Source: Felis catus (lineage: Eukaryota). From it: a stretch of 64,000 bases of DNA. Below the pieces are notes generated by a model. The model saw only the letters and a program-made list of their open reading frames with translations. It ran no database searches and was not told where the DNA came from. Location: assembly GCF_018350175.1 (NCBI RefSeq), contig NC_058368.1:78618001-78682000 (forward strand). The letters run 5' to 3'. Both the position numbers and the translations under genes were made by a program. Every line of letters begins with the position of its first letter. Position 1 is the stretch's first letter. Below, in pieces: positions 1-12,180 of the stretch.

Positions 1-75
1 TGGGGTCATTCTTAATAGGATTTGATAGCTGAAGGTTGTCTTTGTTTTTTGTTTTTAATTAAAAAAACAAAGTGA

Positions 76-281
76 GGGGCGCCTGGGTGGCTCGGTTGGT
101 TAAGTGTCCGACTTCAGCTTAGGTCATGATCTTGCGGTCCGTGAGTTCAAGCCCCCCGTTCTGTGCTGGTAGCTCAGAGCCTGGAGCCTGCTTCAGATTC
201 TGTGACTCCCTCTCTCTCTGCTCCTCCCCCGCTCACACTCTGTCTCTCAAAAAATAAATAAATGTTACAAATTTTTTTAAA
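76..281 (+). mobile_element. CAN SINE (feline SINEC type)
   Basis: GGGGCGCCTGGGTGGCT head, CT-rich tract and AATAAA tail. Confidence 0.95.
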
Positions 282-431
282 TATGAGCTGCTGTTGAAAT
301 GGAAGACTTTTAATAATTTTTAATTTACTTGAATTTGTAAGCCATTGTTTCCTTTCCAAAGAAAATAGTAACTATAGTTCCCTCTAAATAAAAAATCCCT
401 TTGTCTATGGAGTTATATGTAAACTGAACTC

Positions 432-456
432 TTTTTTTTTAAGTTTATTTATTTAT

Positions 457-502
<46 letters not shown>

Positions 503-677
503 CGAGCATGACTGGGGGAGGAACAGAGAGAGAGAGTGAGAGAGAGAGAATCCCAAGCAGGCCCTGTGCTCTCAGCACAGAGCCTGACGTGGGGCTTGAA
601 CCCACAAACCATGAGATCATGACCTGAGCCAAAATCAAGAGTCGGACGCTTAACCGACTGAGCAACCCAGGCACCCC
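432..677 (-). mobile_element. CAN SINE
   Basis: Antisense SINE with TSD TAAACTGAACTCTTTT at 420-435 and 678-693. Confidence 0.95.
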
Positions 678-1689
678 TAAACTGAACTCTTTTGATGAAC
701 TCCGTTGTTAGTTCTGGTGAACTTGGATGGAATGCAATGTTGCCTACCTTATAGCATAAGGAGATTCACACACTATCATTTCAATGTTACCTAAGAGGGT
801 AATATTTTTGTCTCTTGAAATCTGTGAATAAATGAAGAGAGATTAAGTGGGGCTGAATGAAATGCTTACGAAATGGGCTGACAGCTTTTAGCGATGGGGG
901 AAAATGCATTAGCCATTGCTTAGTATCAACACAACATATAAGGAGATTCACATAAACTAGAATACTCAAGGAACTGTTCCAGAGTAGCTTACCAGGAAAA
1001 CAGAAGATTCAGTGCTAGTCTGAGTTAAGCTGTGTGGAAAGTGCAGAAGGAGCCCTGGGGTTGGGTGAATCCAACAGACAGGAGAATCCCAGTCACGGAT
1101 TTGGGGAGTAAATTGCCTGGGAACAGAGCTATAGGGACAGGCGTGAGCTGCTAACAAGCAGGTGTAGCTTCCTTGATCTGGACGCATCTGAGATACTGTT
1201 AAGGACAGAATGGTACTGTCTGCTTTTGAATCTGCAGCTTGACACATAAATAGCTCCCCTGTATTTTAACGGTGAGGAATACAGACTATGGTTTGCATCC
1301 TATATTTTGACCTATGGCGTGGGACAGTGTTACTGAGAACACCGGACAAGGGTGGGCCGGACTAGCTAGTGAGGGTGCTGGTAGCCCCAGCCCCAGCCCT
1401 GCCTTCCTCAGAGCCTACTGTGAATCCAGGGAACACCCCCCTCCCCTCAGGATCGGGGTCACCACCCCTCAAACAGCTGTGATGAAGTGGCACTTAGGAT
1501 GTTACCACATGGGATGTTTTCTATGTTCCCACGTGCTCCCAGGTCCTGGGAAGCAGGTCACATCTCCTGTCCCATGGAAGTGTCTCTTCCACTTACTCTG
1601 AGGACACCACAGCGGCCCTTCCACGCAGGTCCTGCCCGGCACACACACGGGCATGTTCTGTGTTCTACGTCTCTGTTCTTCTGCCGAAC

Positions 1690-2130
1690 ATAGACAATTT
1701 CACCAAACGCCAACATCAGACACTCTGTGTCTGTGAAGGATCAAGACAAACATGAGATCCCTCCGTTATCCTTGTGAACACGGACAGAAACATGGACCTT
1801 ATTCAAGCTTCAGATATAAACTTCCCCCACGATAGGATATGAGAGATGCTCACATCAGCTCCAGCTTTAGTCTCTCTCTCCTCTTCCCTCCTAAGAGATA
1901 AGATGTGTGGACCCCCCGAACACCCTTAGCATTAACCCAGTGTCCTAATGTCATCTGCTCCAGAGAAAACCCTGCATCCTTGAACCCTCCCCCAAGCCAC
2001 ATGGCACCGCCCCAGTCCTGCTAAGTCTCTGTCACTGAGATGCCGCACAGTCCCCTAGAGTGCATGAGCATTGACCGAAACTTGCCCAACCTCAGGAGTG
2101 CTTCTGGGGGTCTCCACTGGAGGGAATGGA
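1690..2130. mobile_element. Old ERV LTR fragment (subfamily unassigned)
   Basis: Resembles recalled ERVL-class LTR sequence (CACCAAAC...CAGACACTCTG...GGATCAAGACAAA...GAACACGGACAGAAACATG). Confidence 0.4.
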
Positions 2131-2246
2131 CACTCATGTGTGCTTTTCCCTCAGCCCCTGAAGAATTAAGCCACTTCTTGGACCCCAGCTGGCTAATTCT
2201 CCTCTTGCCACACACCTCCTAGGCGGGTGATTAACACCCTGCCATC

Positions 2247-3371
2247 TTTTTTTTTTCTTTTTTTTTATTATATTTTTTTCAATATATGCAATTTATTGTC
2301 AAATTGGTTTCCATACAACACCAAGTGCTCATCCCAAAAGGTGTCCTCCTCAATACCCATCACCCACCCTCCCCTCCCTCCCACCCCCCATCAACCCTCA
2401 GTTTGTTCTCAGTTTTTAAGAGTCTCTTATGCTTTGGCTTTCTCCCACTCTAACCTCTTTTTTTTTTTTTCCTTCCCCTCCCCCATGGTCTTCTGTTAAG
2501 TTTCTCAGGATCCACATAAGAGTGAAACCATATGGTATCTGTCTTTCTCTGTATGGCTTATTTCACTTAGCATCACACTCTCCAGTTCCATCCACGTTGC
2601 TACAAAAGGCCATATTTCATTTTTTCTCATTGCCACGTAGTACTCCATTGTGTATATAAACCACAATTTCTTTATCCATTCATCAGTTGATGGACATTTA
2701 GGCTCTTTCCATAATTTGGCTATTGTTGAGAGTGCTGCTATAAACATTGGGGTACAAGGGCCCCTATGCATCAGTACTCCTGTATCCCTTGGGTAAATTC
2801 CTAGCAGTGCTATTGCTGGGTCATAGGGTAGGTCTATTTTTAATTTTCTGAGGAACCTCCACACTGTTTTCCAGAGCGGCTGCACCAATTTGCATTCCCA
2901 CCAACAGTGCAAGAAGGTTCGCGTTTCTCCACATCCTCTCCAGCATCTATAGTCTCCTGATTTGTTCATTTTAGCCACTCTGACTGGCGTGAGGTGATAT
3001 CTGAGTGTGGTTTTGATTTGTATTTCCCTGATGAGGAGCGATGTTGAGCATCTTTTCATGTGCCTGTTGGCCATCCGGATGTCTTCTTTAGAGAAGTGTC
3101 TATTCATGTTTTCTGCCCATTTCTTCACTGGGTTATTTGTTTTTCGGGTGTGGAGTTTGGTGAGCTCTTTATAGATTTTGGATACTAGCCCTTTGTCTGA
3201 TATGTCACTTGCAAATATCTTTTCCCATTCCGTTGGTTGCCTTTTAGTTTTGTTGGTTGTTTCCTTTGCTGTGCAGAAGCTTTTTATCTTCATGAGGTCC
3301 CAATAGTTCATTTTTGCTTTTAATTCCCTTGCCTTTGGGGATGTGTCAAGTAAGAGATTGCTACGGCTGAG
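2247..3371 (-). mobile_element. Young 5'-truncated L1 (ORF2 C-terminus, 3'UTR, polyA)
   Basis: ORF 2505-3383 is an uninterrupted L1 ORF2 C-terminal region (CWRGCGE...HCWWEC). Perfect TSD ACACCCTGCCATCTTTT at 2234-2250 and 3372-3388, at a TT/AAAA site. Confidence 0.97.
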
Positions 3372-3869
3372 ACACCCTGCCATCTTTTAACAAATGTGTT
3401 GGAATCCATCACTGGGTGACTGGCTCCGATTTACCTGTACCTGTCCCCCGATGGGATACTTGGGGACAGAACACCCTTCCAGAGAACTCTAGAACTTAAT
3501 GCATCTCGTAGTGTTCTTTGGCACAGTCCCTGTCACTGGATTAATTTTCTTAGGCACTCCCAGCCCAGTTGCTGAAAAAATGATAGGTTTGCACCAGCAC
3601 TGGCCTGATATAAATGATTCTGGTGAGCTCCTTGGAAATACTCAGGCATGCGCTGTGTGGGATCCTTGTGCAAGAAGGAGGCTGAAGCCGTCATTAGTGA
3701 GCATTGTTCTAAATCAAAATTTCTGTAATGTGAGGCAGAGGAGTTAAGACGAATATTTCTTGATTCTTTATGATCAGTTATGGATTGCATTTGCTGAAAG
3801 ATAAGCCACGATGACTTCTGGTTCATATAGATCAAAAAAGTAGTGTATTCCTTTCTGGACTTTGAACTC

Positions 3870-4543
3870 AAAAAAAAATTTTTTTTTAATATTTATTTTT
3901 GAGAGAGAAAGGCAGGGTGCGAGTGGGGGTGGGGCAGAGAGAAAGACACAGAATCTGAAACATAAACTAGAATATAAACAGCTGTCAGCTCAGAGCCCGA
4001 TGCAGGGCTCAAACTCACAGACCTCAAGATCATGTCCTGAGCCAAAGTCAGACGCCACCTAGGCACCCCTAGACTTTGAACTCTTTTTCTTTTTAATGTT
4101 TATTTTTGAGAGAGAGAGGTAGATAGACAGAGACAGAGAGAGAGAGACAGAGAGAGGCAGAGAGAGAGGGAGACACAGAATCCGAAGCAGGCTCTGGGCT
4201 CCAAGCTGTCAGCACAGAGCCCGACGTGGAGCTCGAACTCACGGACTGTGAGATCATGGCCTGAGCCAAAGTTGGACGCTTAACCCACTGAGCCACCTAG
4301 GCACCCCTAGACTTTGAACTCTTTTTTTTAAGGTTTATTTTTGAGAGAGATAGGGAGAGAGAGAGAGAGAGAGACAGAGAGACAGAGAGAGGCAGAGAAA
4401 GAGGGAGACACAGAATCTGAAGCAGGCTCCAGGCTCTGAGCCATCAGCACAGAGCCCAATGCGGGGCTTGAACCCATGAACTGTGAGATCATGACCTGAG
4501 CCAAAGTCAGGCACTCAACCGACTGAGCCACCCTAGGGGCCCC
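3870..4543 (-). mobile_element. Three tandem CAN SINEs (3870-4069, 4084-4307, 4322-4543)
   Basis: Three antisense SINE bodies separated by a repeated GACTTTGAACTC flank. Confidence 0.93.
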
Positions 4544-5431
4544 TGAACTCTTTTAAATAGGTTAAATCTATATATTTCATGGGCATTTTGACTGCCTGAA
4601 TAATTCTGAAATATAAATATGCAAGTCCTGACTTCTCTTGAGAATTTGTTCTTCCTGCCCCTCTCCTCTCCTTTTTAGTTAACTTTAGTTGTTTTACATG
4701 TAGAGCTTTATTTCTTTCAGTGGCCAGTCGCAGAAGCCTGGACTGTCACATCAGAAAATCACAGTTCACATTTCCTGTATTGGCTCTTCATAGGAGTATT
4801 AGGCTTGTTTAATTTATTCCACGAAGTTGAATGGAGTAATGGAACCAAGCCAGATGTACCAACCCCAACGTGACTAGAAAAAAGTCTGGGTCTCACGCGG
4901 GTTACGAGGGGTCTGACTCGGAGCCCCAATTGGGCTTTTCCTTTCTCGCTCTCGCTCTCTCTCTTTTTTTTTTTTTAGGTTTTCTCAAAGACAGTTTTGA
5001 ATATCCCACAAGATTACACTCCCAAGGGCTCAACAAGGACCGCAGTTAAGGCGGTGACATGCTTTTAGCGGAAGGCTAGTCGGCCTCTGCTCACCCTGCT
5101 CCCTGGACTCTGGGCCAGCCTCTGGTCTCTCTAATCACGATGCGGGCAGAGCCCTGCTCCACCTGCTGGGCTGTTTGGACACACGACAAGGACTTGGCCC
5201 CAAGCAGCAAGCAGCCTCTGATCCCTCCAATAAACAAAGCTGCCGATGGTCACACCTCCTCTCCCCTCCCCTGACCCCCTCCACTCCATTCTGGCGGGCT
5301 CCTCTGGCTGGTAAACCTTTAAACTTGATTTACTGTGTCGACTTTGATGTGCATCAGGCTGGAGTCTCTGGGTGTTTCTGGAGCTAAAAAGTAGCGCACA
5401 AGTCAGAGTTCTTTACAGATTCAAGTCTTCA

Positions 5432-5482
5432 GTTTTGTTTTGTTTTGTTTTGTTTTGTTTTGTTTTGTTTTGTTTTGTTTTG
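5432..5482. repeat. (GTTTT)n microsatellite
   Basis: Direct reading. Confidence 0.95.
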
Positions 5483-5689
5483 CTTTTCCCCCTTACCTTG
5501 AGTAGACTTAACCTCCCCTTCTTGTTAATTAAAGATCTGCACTGCTCACCAGACAACAGGAGCCCACTGCTGTGGGGCTGAATGTAGGGTTGCCCTTAGG
5601 TCGACCTGAGCGTCTTTGTTTTCTAGAATGACTTTAAAAAAAAAAAAAAGTCAGATTTTGACTTACTGGAATCCCCATCAGCTGCCTGG

Positions 5690-5841
5690 AGGGGGGTGGC
5701 AGCGGTAGGGGAGGGAGAGGGATGTCTCAGATGCCCAGTGTGGACCAGAGCTGCAAGGAGAGACTAAGGAAATGCAGGGAAGAGATTTCCAGAGGTTTTA
5801 TTTTCCTTCTGGTTGAGCCTCTCATCCACATCCACGCTGTG
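5690..5841 (+). other. MYO16: Probable alternative upstream non-coding first exon of MYO16 (start approximate)
   Basis: Unique GC-richer segment ending in CTGTG|GTAAGT (GT at 5842), about 35 kb upstream of the coding exon. This fits my recollection that MYO16 has an upstream non-coding first exon. Confidence 0.45.
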
Positions 5842-6451
5842 GTAAGTGGGTCAGCTCCGGGTCACACTTTCTTTTAGGAGGAGGGAACCCCCCCTCCCCC
5901 GCCCCATGCAGAATTAACCCTGCATTTTCCACTAGCTAATTTTAATTTCCTTATTTTAACCTTAGGATGTGTATGTTTCACTATCAAACTTTTTTGGTTT
6001 TGTTTTGTTTTGTTTTTTTACTTTTTTGTTTTGTTTTGTTTTTGGTTCTCTCTTTCTGCTTTGGCTTTTTTTGATAGATTTAGCTCAGTCTCTCTTAAAT
6101 TCATAGTTCTAATTAAAAACAAAAATAAAGTAAATCTGAATTCTGAAAATCTTCCTGAGGAACTCCTACATTAGACAAAGGAAACACTGGCAAAGTTCTA
6201 AAAGACGAAGAAGGAAAAGAAGGTGATTTTCTCAATTCTACGCGCTTCAGCAAATTCTTATGTATGACCTAAAATTGAAGCTTGCCGTGGAAGGAAGACA
6301 CTTTTCTTCTTCGAGAACACATAAACATTTTAAGTATCTCTATAATGTCTATAATATACTTAAAACTGCACACATTTGCCTTTGTTTCCACAAAACAGGG
6401 TGTGTGTTTAGATCATAGTATGTGATTGAATTGCTCAACCTTGACAGTGGC

Positions 6452-6650
6452 TTTTATTTATTTTATTTTATTTTATTTTATTTTATTTTATTTTATTTTA
6501 TTTTATTTTTTATTTTAAATATATGAAATTTATTGTCAAATTGGTTTCCGTACAACCCCCAGTGCTCATCCCAACAGGTGCCCTCCTCAATACCCATCAC
6601 CCACCCTCCCTCCCTCCCACCCCCCATCAGCCCTCAGTTTGTTCTCAGTT
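6452..6650 (-). mobile_element. Very short L1 3' end with (TTTTA)n tail
   Basis: Same 3'UTR terminus as the L1 at 2280-2410. TSD TTGACA(G/A)TGGCTTTT at 6441-6455 and 6649-6663. Confidence 0.93.
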
Positions 6651-7947
6651 GACAATGGCTTTTAAAAAAAGGTAAGAGCCACCATTTATTGACGGTGCCC
6701 AGCACTGTTGGTCCTTTATATGCATCGTCTCATTATACGCTTACAACAGACTTATCCGTTAGGCATTTTTGTTACTTGAAATGCATGTATGTCACAATGG
6801 AACATACCATAGTTAAAATAAACCACATGATACCGAGGGGCTCATGATAAAAATCTGTGATCTCGCCCATAATGTGTTCACTTAGTTTTGCACAGGAAAG
6901 AGGTGCATTTATTTCTGTTTTTAATTCTTGGGGGAGATACCTCCAGACTCCTAACAATATGCCATGACCGCACTTATTTTATTTGGGCACCGTCTGCTGC
7001 TGTCCTGCTCCTTGGGGTGAGGATTTAGCTCATCCTATGCCATCATTTTTGCTGTCCTCCGTCGATCTGCCTTCCCCCCCGCTCAGCTTAATGTACATGT
7101 ACTATTATTGTTAGTTTTTCCTGGTCAGTCACCTGGGTCACCTCAAAACCATACCTAAACCTTTGTTTATTATTCTGTCGATACACATGATATTTTTTAT
7201 CTCCCCGTTTTGCAACCTGCTGTTGTTCGCTCCCCCATGTTTTCCTGAAGTTCTTTCTCTCCTCTGTTTTCCAGTCTCTGTCCGCCATACCTTGATTTTG
7301 ATCAGCTTGAAGTATATGAAGTTGCCGATAGGCAGTTGCTTTTGGTCGACAAAAATGGCGTGTTCGTAGCAGACATATGGTACATTGCCTTTCGTAACCA
7401 CTGTTAAGTTTTCCACCTCTATGGGATGGTTTTAAAATGGAAATCCAGTGAATATTATTGATAATGTAATGACTATATGTGTATTTTTAGAAACATACAC
7501 ATATACATATGTGTAGAAACATATGTATATGTTTCTACATATACATATTATGTTTAGAAACATAAAGGAGTTTGCCTCCTCCTTTATGGGCCACGTACCT
7601 TCTTTACTTGAGCGTGGATTGTCCTTTTGAACAGGCCACCATTTTCTTATCGAGAGACACCGTTGCTGCACCTTGGAAAGTACCAGGCATGTACTCAGTG
7701 CTGCTTGTAGTATCGTAGTCGTTAGCCTTTAGTAGATGGCTGGATTCGGGAGAGAAATGACGAAGGTGGGCAGTGACCAGTATCAGTGTTCCTTCCATTT
7801 ATTGATTCTGCAGGTATTTGTTGGTCACCTACTGTATGCTGGCATTTTGTAGAAGAATACATGAGACACAGGTGCCTGGCTTCAAGGAGATGATACCCTA
7901 CTGTTAGTCGTTTCATGGGTTGCTACAAAATAAACTGGAGTGATTGG

Positions 7948-7949
<2 letters not shown>

Positions 7950-7984
<35 letters not shown>
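7950..7984. repeat. (TG)n microsatellite
   Basis: Direct reading. Confidence 0.95.
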
Positions 7985-7988
<4 letters not shown>

Positions 7989-8315
7989 CTAGGTTAGGAT
8001 TCTGCCCAAATTCACTGAGATTTTAGAGCTTTAGATTTCCTTGTGATTGGAAAGTTGGTTTGTTGTTGTTGTTGTTTTACCAAATGCTGATAAAATACAC
8101 ATAAGTTTTTTTTTTTACTCCAATTTACCCATAGTTAGTTTTCTCATCCCCAAAAGGGATAGTAAAACTTTCATTTGTATCAACTGGTCTGGAAAGATTT
8201 TATGTTCCCATAATTTTTAAAATTAAATTCCAAATTGATATTAACAAATGAATGGTCTTTTCATGTTTAAAAACGTATTTTTTGAAGGCTGCTCTTAAAG
8301 ATTATTATATTTTAT

Positions 8316-8782
8316 TTGTTTTTTTTTCTTCTTAAAAAATTAAAAAAAAATTTTAATGTTTATTTTTGAGAGGCAGAGAGAGAAAGAGACACAGAGTGTG
8401 AGTGGGTAGTGACAAAGAGAGAGGGAGACACAGAATCCAAAGCAGGCTCCAGGCTCTGAGCTGACAGCACAGAGCCTGACGTGAGCCTCGAACTCATAAA
8501 CCATGAGATCATGACCTGGGTTGAAGTTGGATGCTTAACTGACTGAGCCACCCAGGCACCCCTAAAATTTTTTTATTAATGTTTATTTTTGAGAGAGAGG
8601 GAGAGTACAAGCAGGGGGAGGGACAGAGAGAGAGAGGGAGACACAGAATTTGAAGCAGGCTCCAGGCTCTGAGCTGCCAGCACAGAGCCCAACGCAGAAC
8701 TCAGACTCACGAACCATGAGATCATGATCTGAGCTGAAATCAAGAGTTGGACACTCAACTGACTGGGCCGCCCAGGAGCCCC
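8316..8782 (-). mobile_element. Two tandem CAN SINEs (8316-8562, 8563-8782)
   Basis: Two antisense SINE bodies. Confidence 0.93.
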
Positions 8783-9030
8783 TGTGTTTTTTTCTAAAGT
8801 GTTTCTATGTTATAGGAGTTGAAATTATCCATTTATTTGTTGCTGTTTCATTAAATGGTTTTAACGGCAAACTAGAGAGGAATTGACCCTTAAGCGTTGA
8901 TTTTTTATATGATTACTCACTGGAACCTAAAGCAGATTTCTGGCCTGACTTGTCCTCTGCCTTGAGAACAGTAGAACAAAGTGTGCAGGAACAAGGGAAA
9001 TCCTTAAAAATTTTTTTTTCATGTTTATTT

Positions 9031-10465
9031 ATTTTTCTTTTTTTATATTAAATATAATTTATTGTCAAATTGGTTTCTCTACAACACCCAGTGCTCATCC
9101 CAACAGGTACCCTCGTCCGTGCCCATCACCCACTTTCCCCTCCCTCCACCCCCCATCTACCTTCGGTTTGTTCTCAGTCCTTCAGAGTCTCTTATGGTTT
9201 GCCTCCCTCCCTCTCTGTAAATTTTTTCCCCCTTCCCCTCCCCGCTGGTCTTCTGTTAAGTTTCTTGGGATCCACATATGAGTGAAAATATATGGTATCT
9301 GTCTTTCTCTGCCTGACTTATTTCACTTAGCATAATACCCTCCAGTTCCATCCATGTTGCTGCAAATGACAGGATTTCATTCTTTCTCATTCTCTGTATG
9401 ACTTATTTCATTTAGCATAATACCTTCCAGTTCCATCCACGTTGCTGCAAATGGCATGATTTCATTCTTTCTCGTTTCCAAGTAGTATTCCATTGTATAT
9501 ATATAAACCACATCTTCTTTATCCATTCGTCAGTTGATGGACATTTAGGTTCTTTCCATAATTTGGCTATTGTTGAAAGTGCTGCTATAAACATTGGGGT
9601 ACGAATCCCCCGTGCATCAGCACTCCTGAATCCCTTGGGTAAATTCCCAACAGTGCTATTGCTGGGTCATAGGGCAGTTCTACTTTTAATTTTTTGAGGA
9701 AGGTCCACACTGTTTTCCAGAGCGGCTGCACCAATTTGCATTCCCACCAGCAGTGCAAGAGGGTTCCCGTTTCTCCACATCCTCACCAGAATCTATAGTC
9801 TCCTGACTTGTTCATTTTAGCCACTCTGACCTGCATTAGGTGGTATCTCAGTGTGGTTTTGATTTGTATTTCCCTGATGAGAAGTGACATTGAACATCTT
9901 TTCATGGGTCTGTTGGCCATCCGATGTCTTTTTTGGAAAAGTGTCTATTCATATCTTCTGCCCATTTCTTCACTGGATTATATGTTTTTCAGGTGTGGAG
10001 TTTGGTGGTTTCTTTATAGATTTTGGATGCTAGCCCTTTGTTTGATATGTCATTTGCAAATATCTTTTCCCATTCCATTCTTTTAGTTTTGTTGATTGTT
10101 TCCTTTGCAGTGCAGAAGCTTTTTATCTTCATGAGGTCCCAATAGTTCAGTTTTGCTTTTAATTCCCTTGCCTTTGGAGGTGTGTCGAGTAAGAAATTGC
10201 TGCAGCTGAGGTCAGAGAGGTTTTTTCCTGCTTTCTTCTTTAGGGTTTTGATGGTTTCCTGTCTCACATTCGGGTCCTTCATCCAGTTTGAGTTTATTTT
10301 TGTGTGTGGTATAATAAAGTGGTCTAGTTTCATTCTTTTGCATGTTGCTGTCCAGTTCTCCCAGCACCATTTGTTAAAGAGACTTTTTTCCATTGGATAC
10401 TCTTTCCTGCTTCATCAAAGATTAGTTGGCCATACATTTGTGGGTCCAATTCTGGGGTCTCTATT
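9031..10465 (-). mobile_element. L1 3' portion (non-inverted arm of an inverted L1 insertion)
   Basis: 3'UTR plus frameshifted ORF2 C-terminal peptides ([22 protein letters not shown]). Confidence 0.95.
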
Positions 10466-10980
10466 AGAACTGGTATATGAATTCAGAAAAGTTGCAGGGT
10501 ACAAAATTAATGTACAGACATTGGTTGCATTTTTATACATCAATAATGAAGCAGCAAAAAGAGAAATAAAGAAAATGATCCCATTCACAATTGCACCAAG
10601 AATCATAAAATACCTAGGAATAAACCTGACCAAAGATGTAAAAGATCTGTATGCTGAAAACCATAGAAAGCTTATGAAGGAAATTGAAGAAGATACACAG
10701 AAATGGAAAAATGTTATATGCTCATGGATTAGAAGAATAAATACTGTTAAAATGTCAATACTACCGAAAGCAATCTACACATTCAATGCAATCCCAATCA
10801 AAATTGCACCGGCATTCTTCTCAAAGCTAGAATAAGCAATCCTAAAATTTGTATGGAACCACAAAAGACCCCGAATAGCCAAAGTGATATTGAAGAAGAA
10901 AACCAAAGCAGTAGGCATCACAATCCCAGACTTTAGCCTCTACTACAAAGCTGTAATCATCAAGACGGTATGGTATTGGC
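10461..10980 (+). mobile_element. L1 ORF2 inverted arm
   Basis: [17 protein letters not shown]...KYLGINLTK...KTVWYW on the + strand, abutting the minus-strand arm. Confidence 0.95.
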
Positions 10981-11185
10981 TCAGTGTTTATTAATTTTTG
11001 AGAGAGAGAACGATGGAGTGCAAGCAGGGGAGGAGCAGAGAGAGAGGGAGACACAGAATCCAAAGCAGGCTCCAGTCTCTGAGCTGTCAGCACAGAGCCG
11101 GATGCGGGGCTCGAACTCACAGACCGCGAGATCATGACCTGAGCCGAAGTCGGACGCTCAACTGACTGAGCCCCCCCAGGTGCCC
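10981..11185 (-). mobile_element. CAN SINE body whose tail (9002-9030) was split off by the L1
   Basis: SINE TSD GGAACAAGGGAAAT at 8988-9001 and 11187-11200 brackets both SINE and L1. Confidence 0.9.
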
Positions 11186-11480
11186 TGGAACAAGGGAAAT
11201 ATTGAGCGAAGTTATGTGTGGTTTAAATTGCTCCTCATGTAGGCATTTCCTTTTCACAAATATCATGGGAAAACAGCAAGGGTTGTGCTCACTTAGGCCA
11301 TTAATTTGTAACCCAGTGCTAGTCAGAGGCCACAGTGCACTTCTATCCGTGACAGAGACCCTCGACACACTAGGTGGAGCATCTCATGTACAGTGCACGC
11401 CCCCTAATTATGTTTGGAATCAGTGAATGTAGTTAACTGACACCCTACTCAATGACCTAAAAACTCAAATGCCTTCTTGA

Positions 11481-11662
11481 GGGGGCACCTGGGGGGCTCA
11501 GTCGGTTTAGCGTCCGACTTCAGCTCAGGTCACGATCTCACGGTTGGTGGGTTCGAGCCCCGTGTCGGGCTGTGCGTTGACAGCTCAGAGCCAGGAGCCT
11601 GCCTTGGATTCTTTGTCTCCCTCTCTCTCTCTCTCTGTCCTTCCCCAGCTCATGCTCTGACT

Positions 11663-11715
<53 letters not shown>

Positions 11716-11740
11716 GGAAATAAATAAACATTAAAAAAAA
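11481..11740 (+). mobile_element. CAN SINE
   Basis: Head, (CT)n, AATAAA; TSD TCAAATGCCTT. Confidence 0.95.
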
Positions 11741-11975
11741 TTCAAATGCCTTTGAAATTTCTGGGAATTCCTGGGGGGGTGGGTTCCAGTGTTATGGTTC
11801 CTTTTGGCTCAGGATTGCTCCTTACATCAGTTATAAAAATGTTCAGATTGTCTCACAAAGCTGTCCGTGCTCTCCCAGCTTTGTACTGAGTGAGTTCAGA
11901 AACGAAATGGGGTTCTTTGGTTTTGCATCCTCTTACTTGATGGAAGGACAAATCAACAGAAGAAAATCCATTTGA

Positions 11976-12180
11976 GGGGCGCCTGGGTGGCTCAGTCAGT
12001 CAAGCGTCCAACTGGCTCAGGTCATGATCTCACGGCTTGTGAGTTCAAGCCCCGCGTCAGGCTCTGTGCTGACAGCTCAGAGCCTGGAGCCTGCTTCGGA
12101 TTCTGTGTCTCCCTCTCTCTCTGCCCCTCCCCTCCCCTCTCTCTCTCTCAAAAATAATTCAACATTAAAAAAGAGAAGAG
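11976..12180 (+). mobile_element. CAN SINE
   Basis: TSD GAAAATCCATTTG at 11962-11974 and 12181-12193. Confidence 0.95.

Noticed and set aside
2505..3383. 292-aa ORF as a host gene
   Set aside because: It is the L1 ORF2 C-terminus of a 5'-truncated copy with no promoter or complete RT.
10182..10835. 217-aa ORF
   Set aside because: Chance fusion of antisense and sense L1 across the inversion junction.
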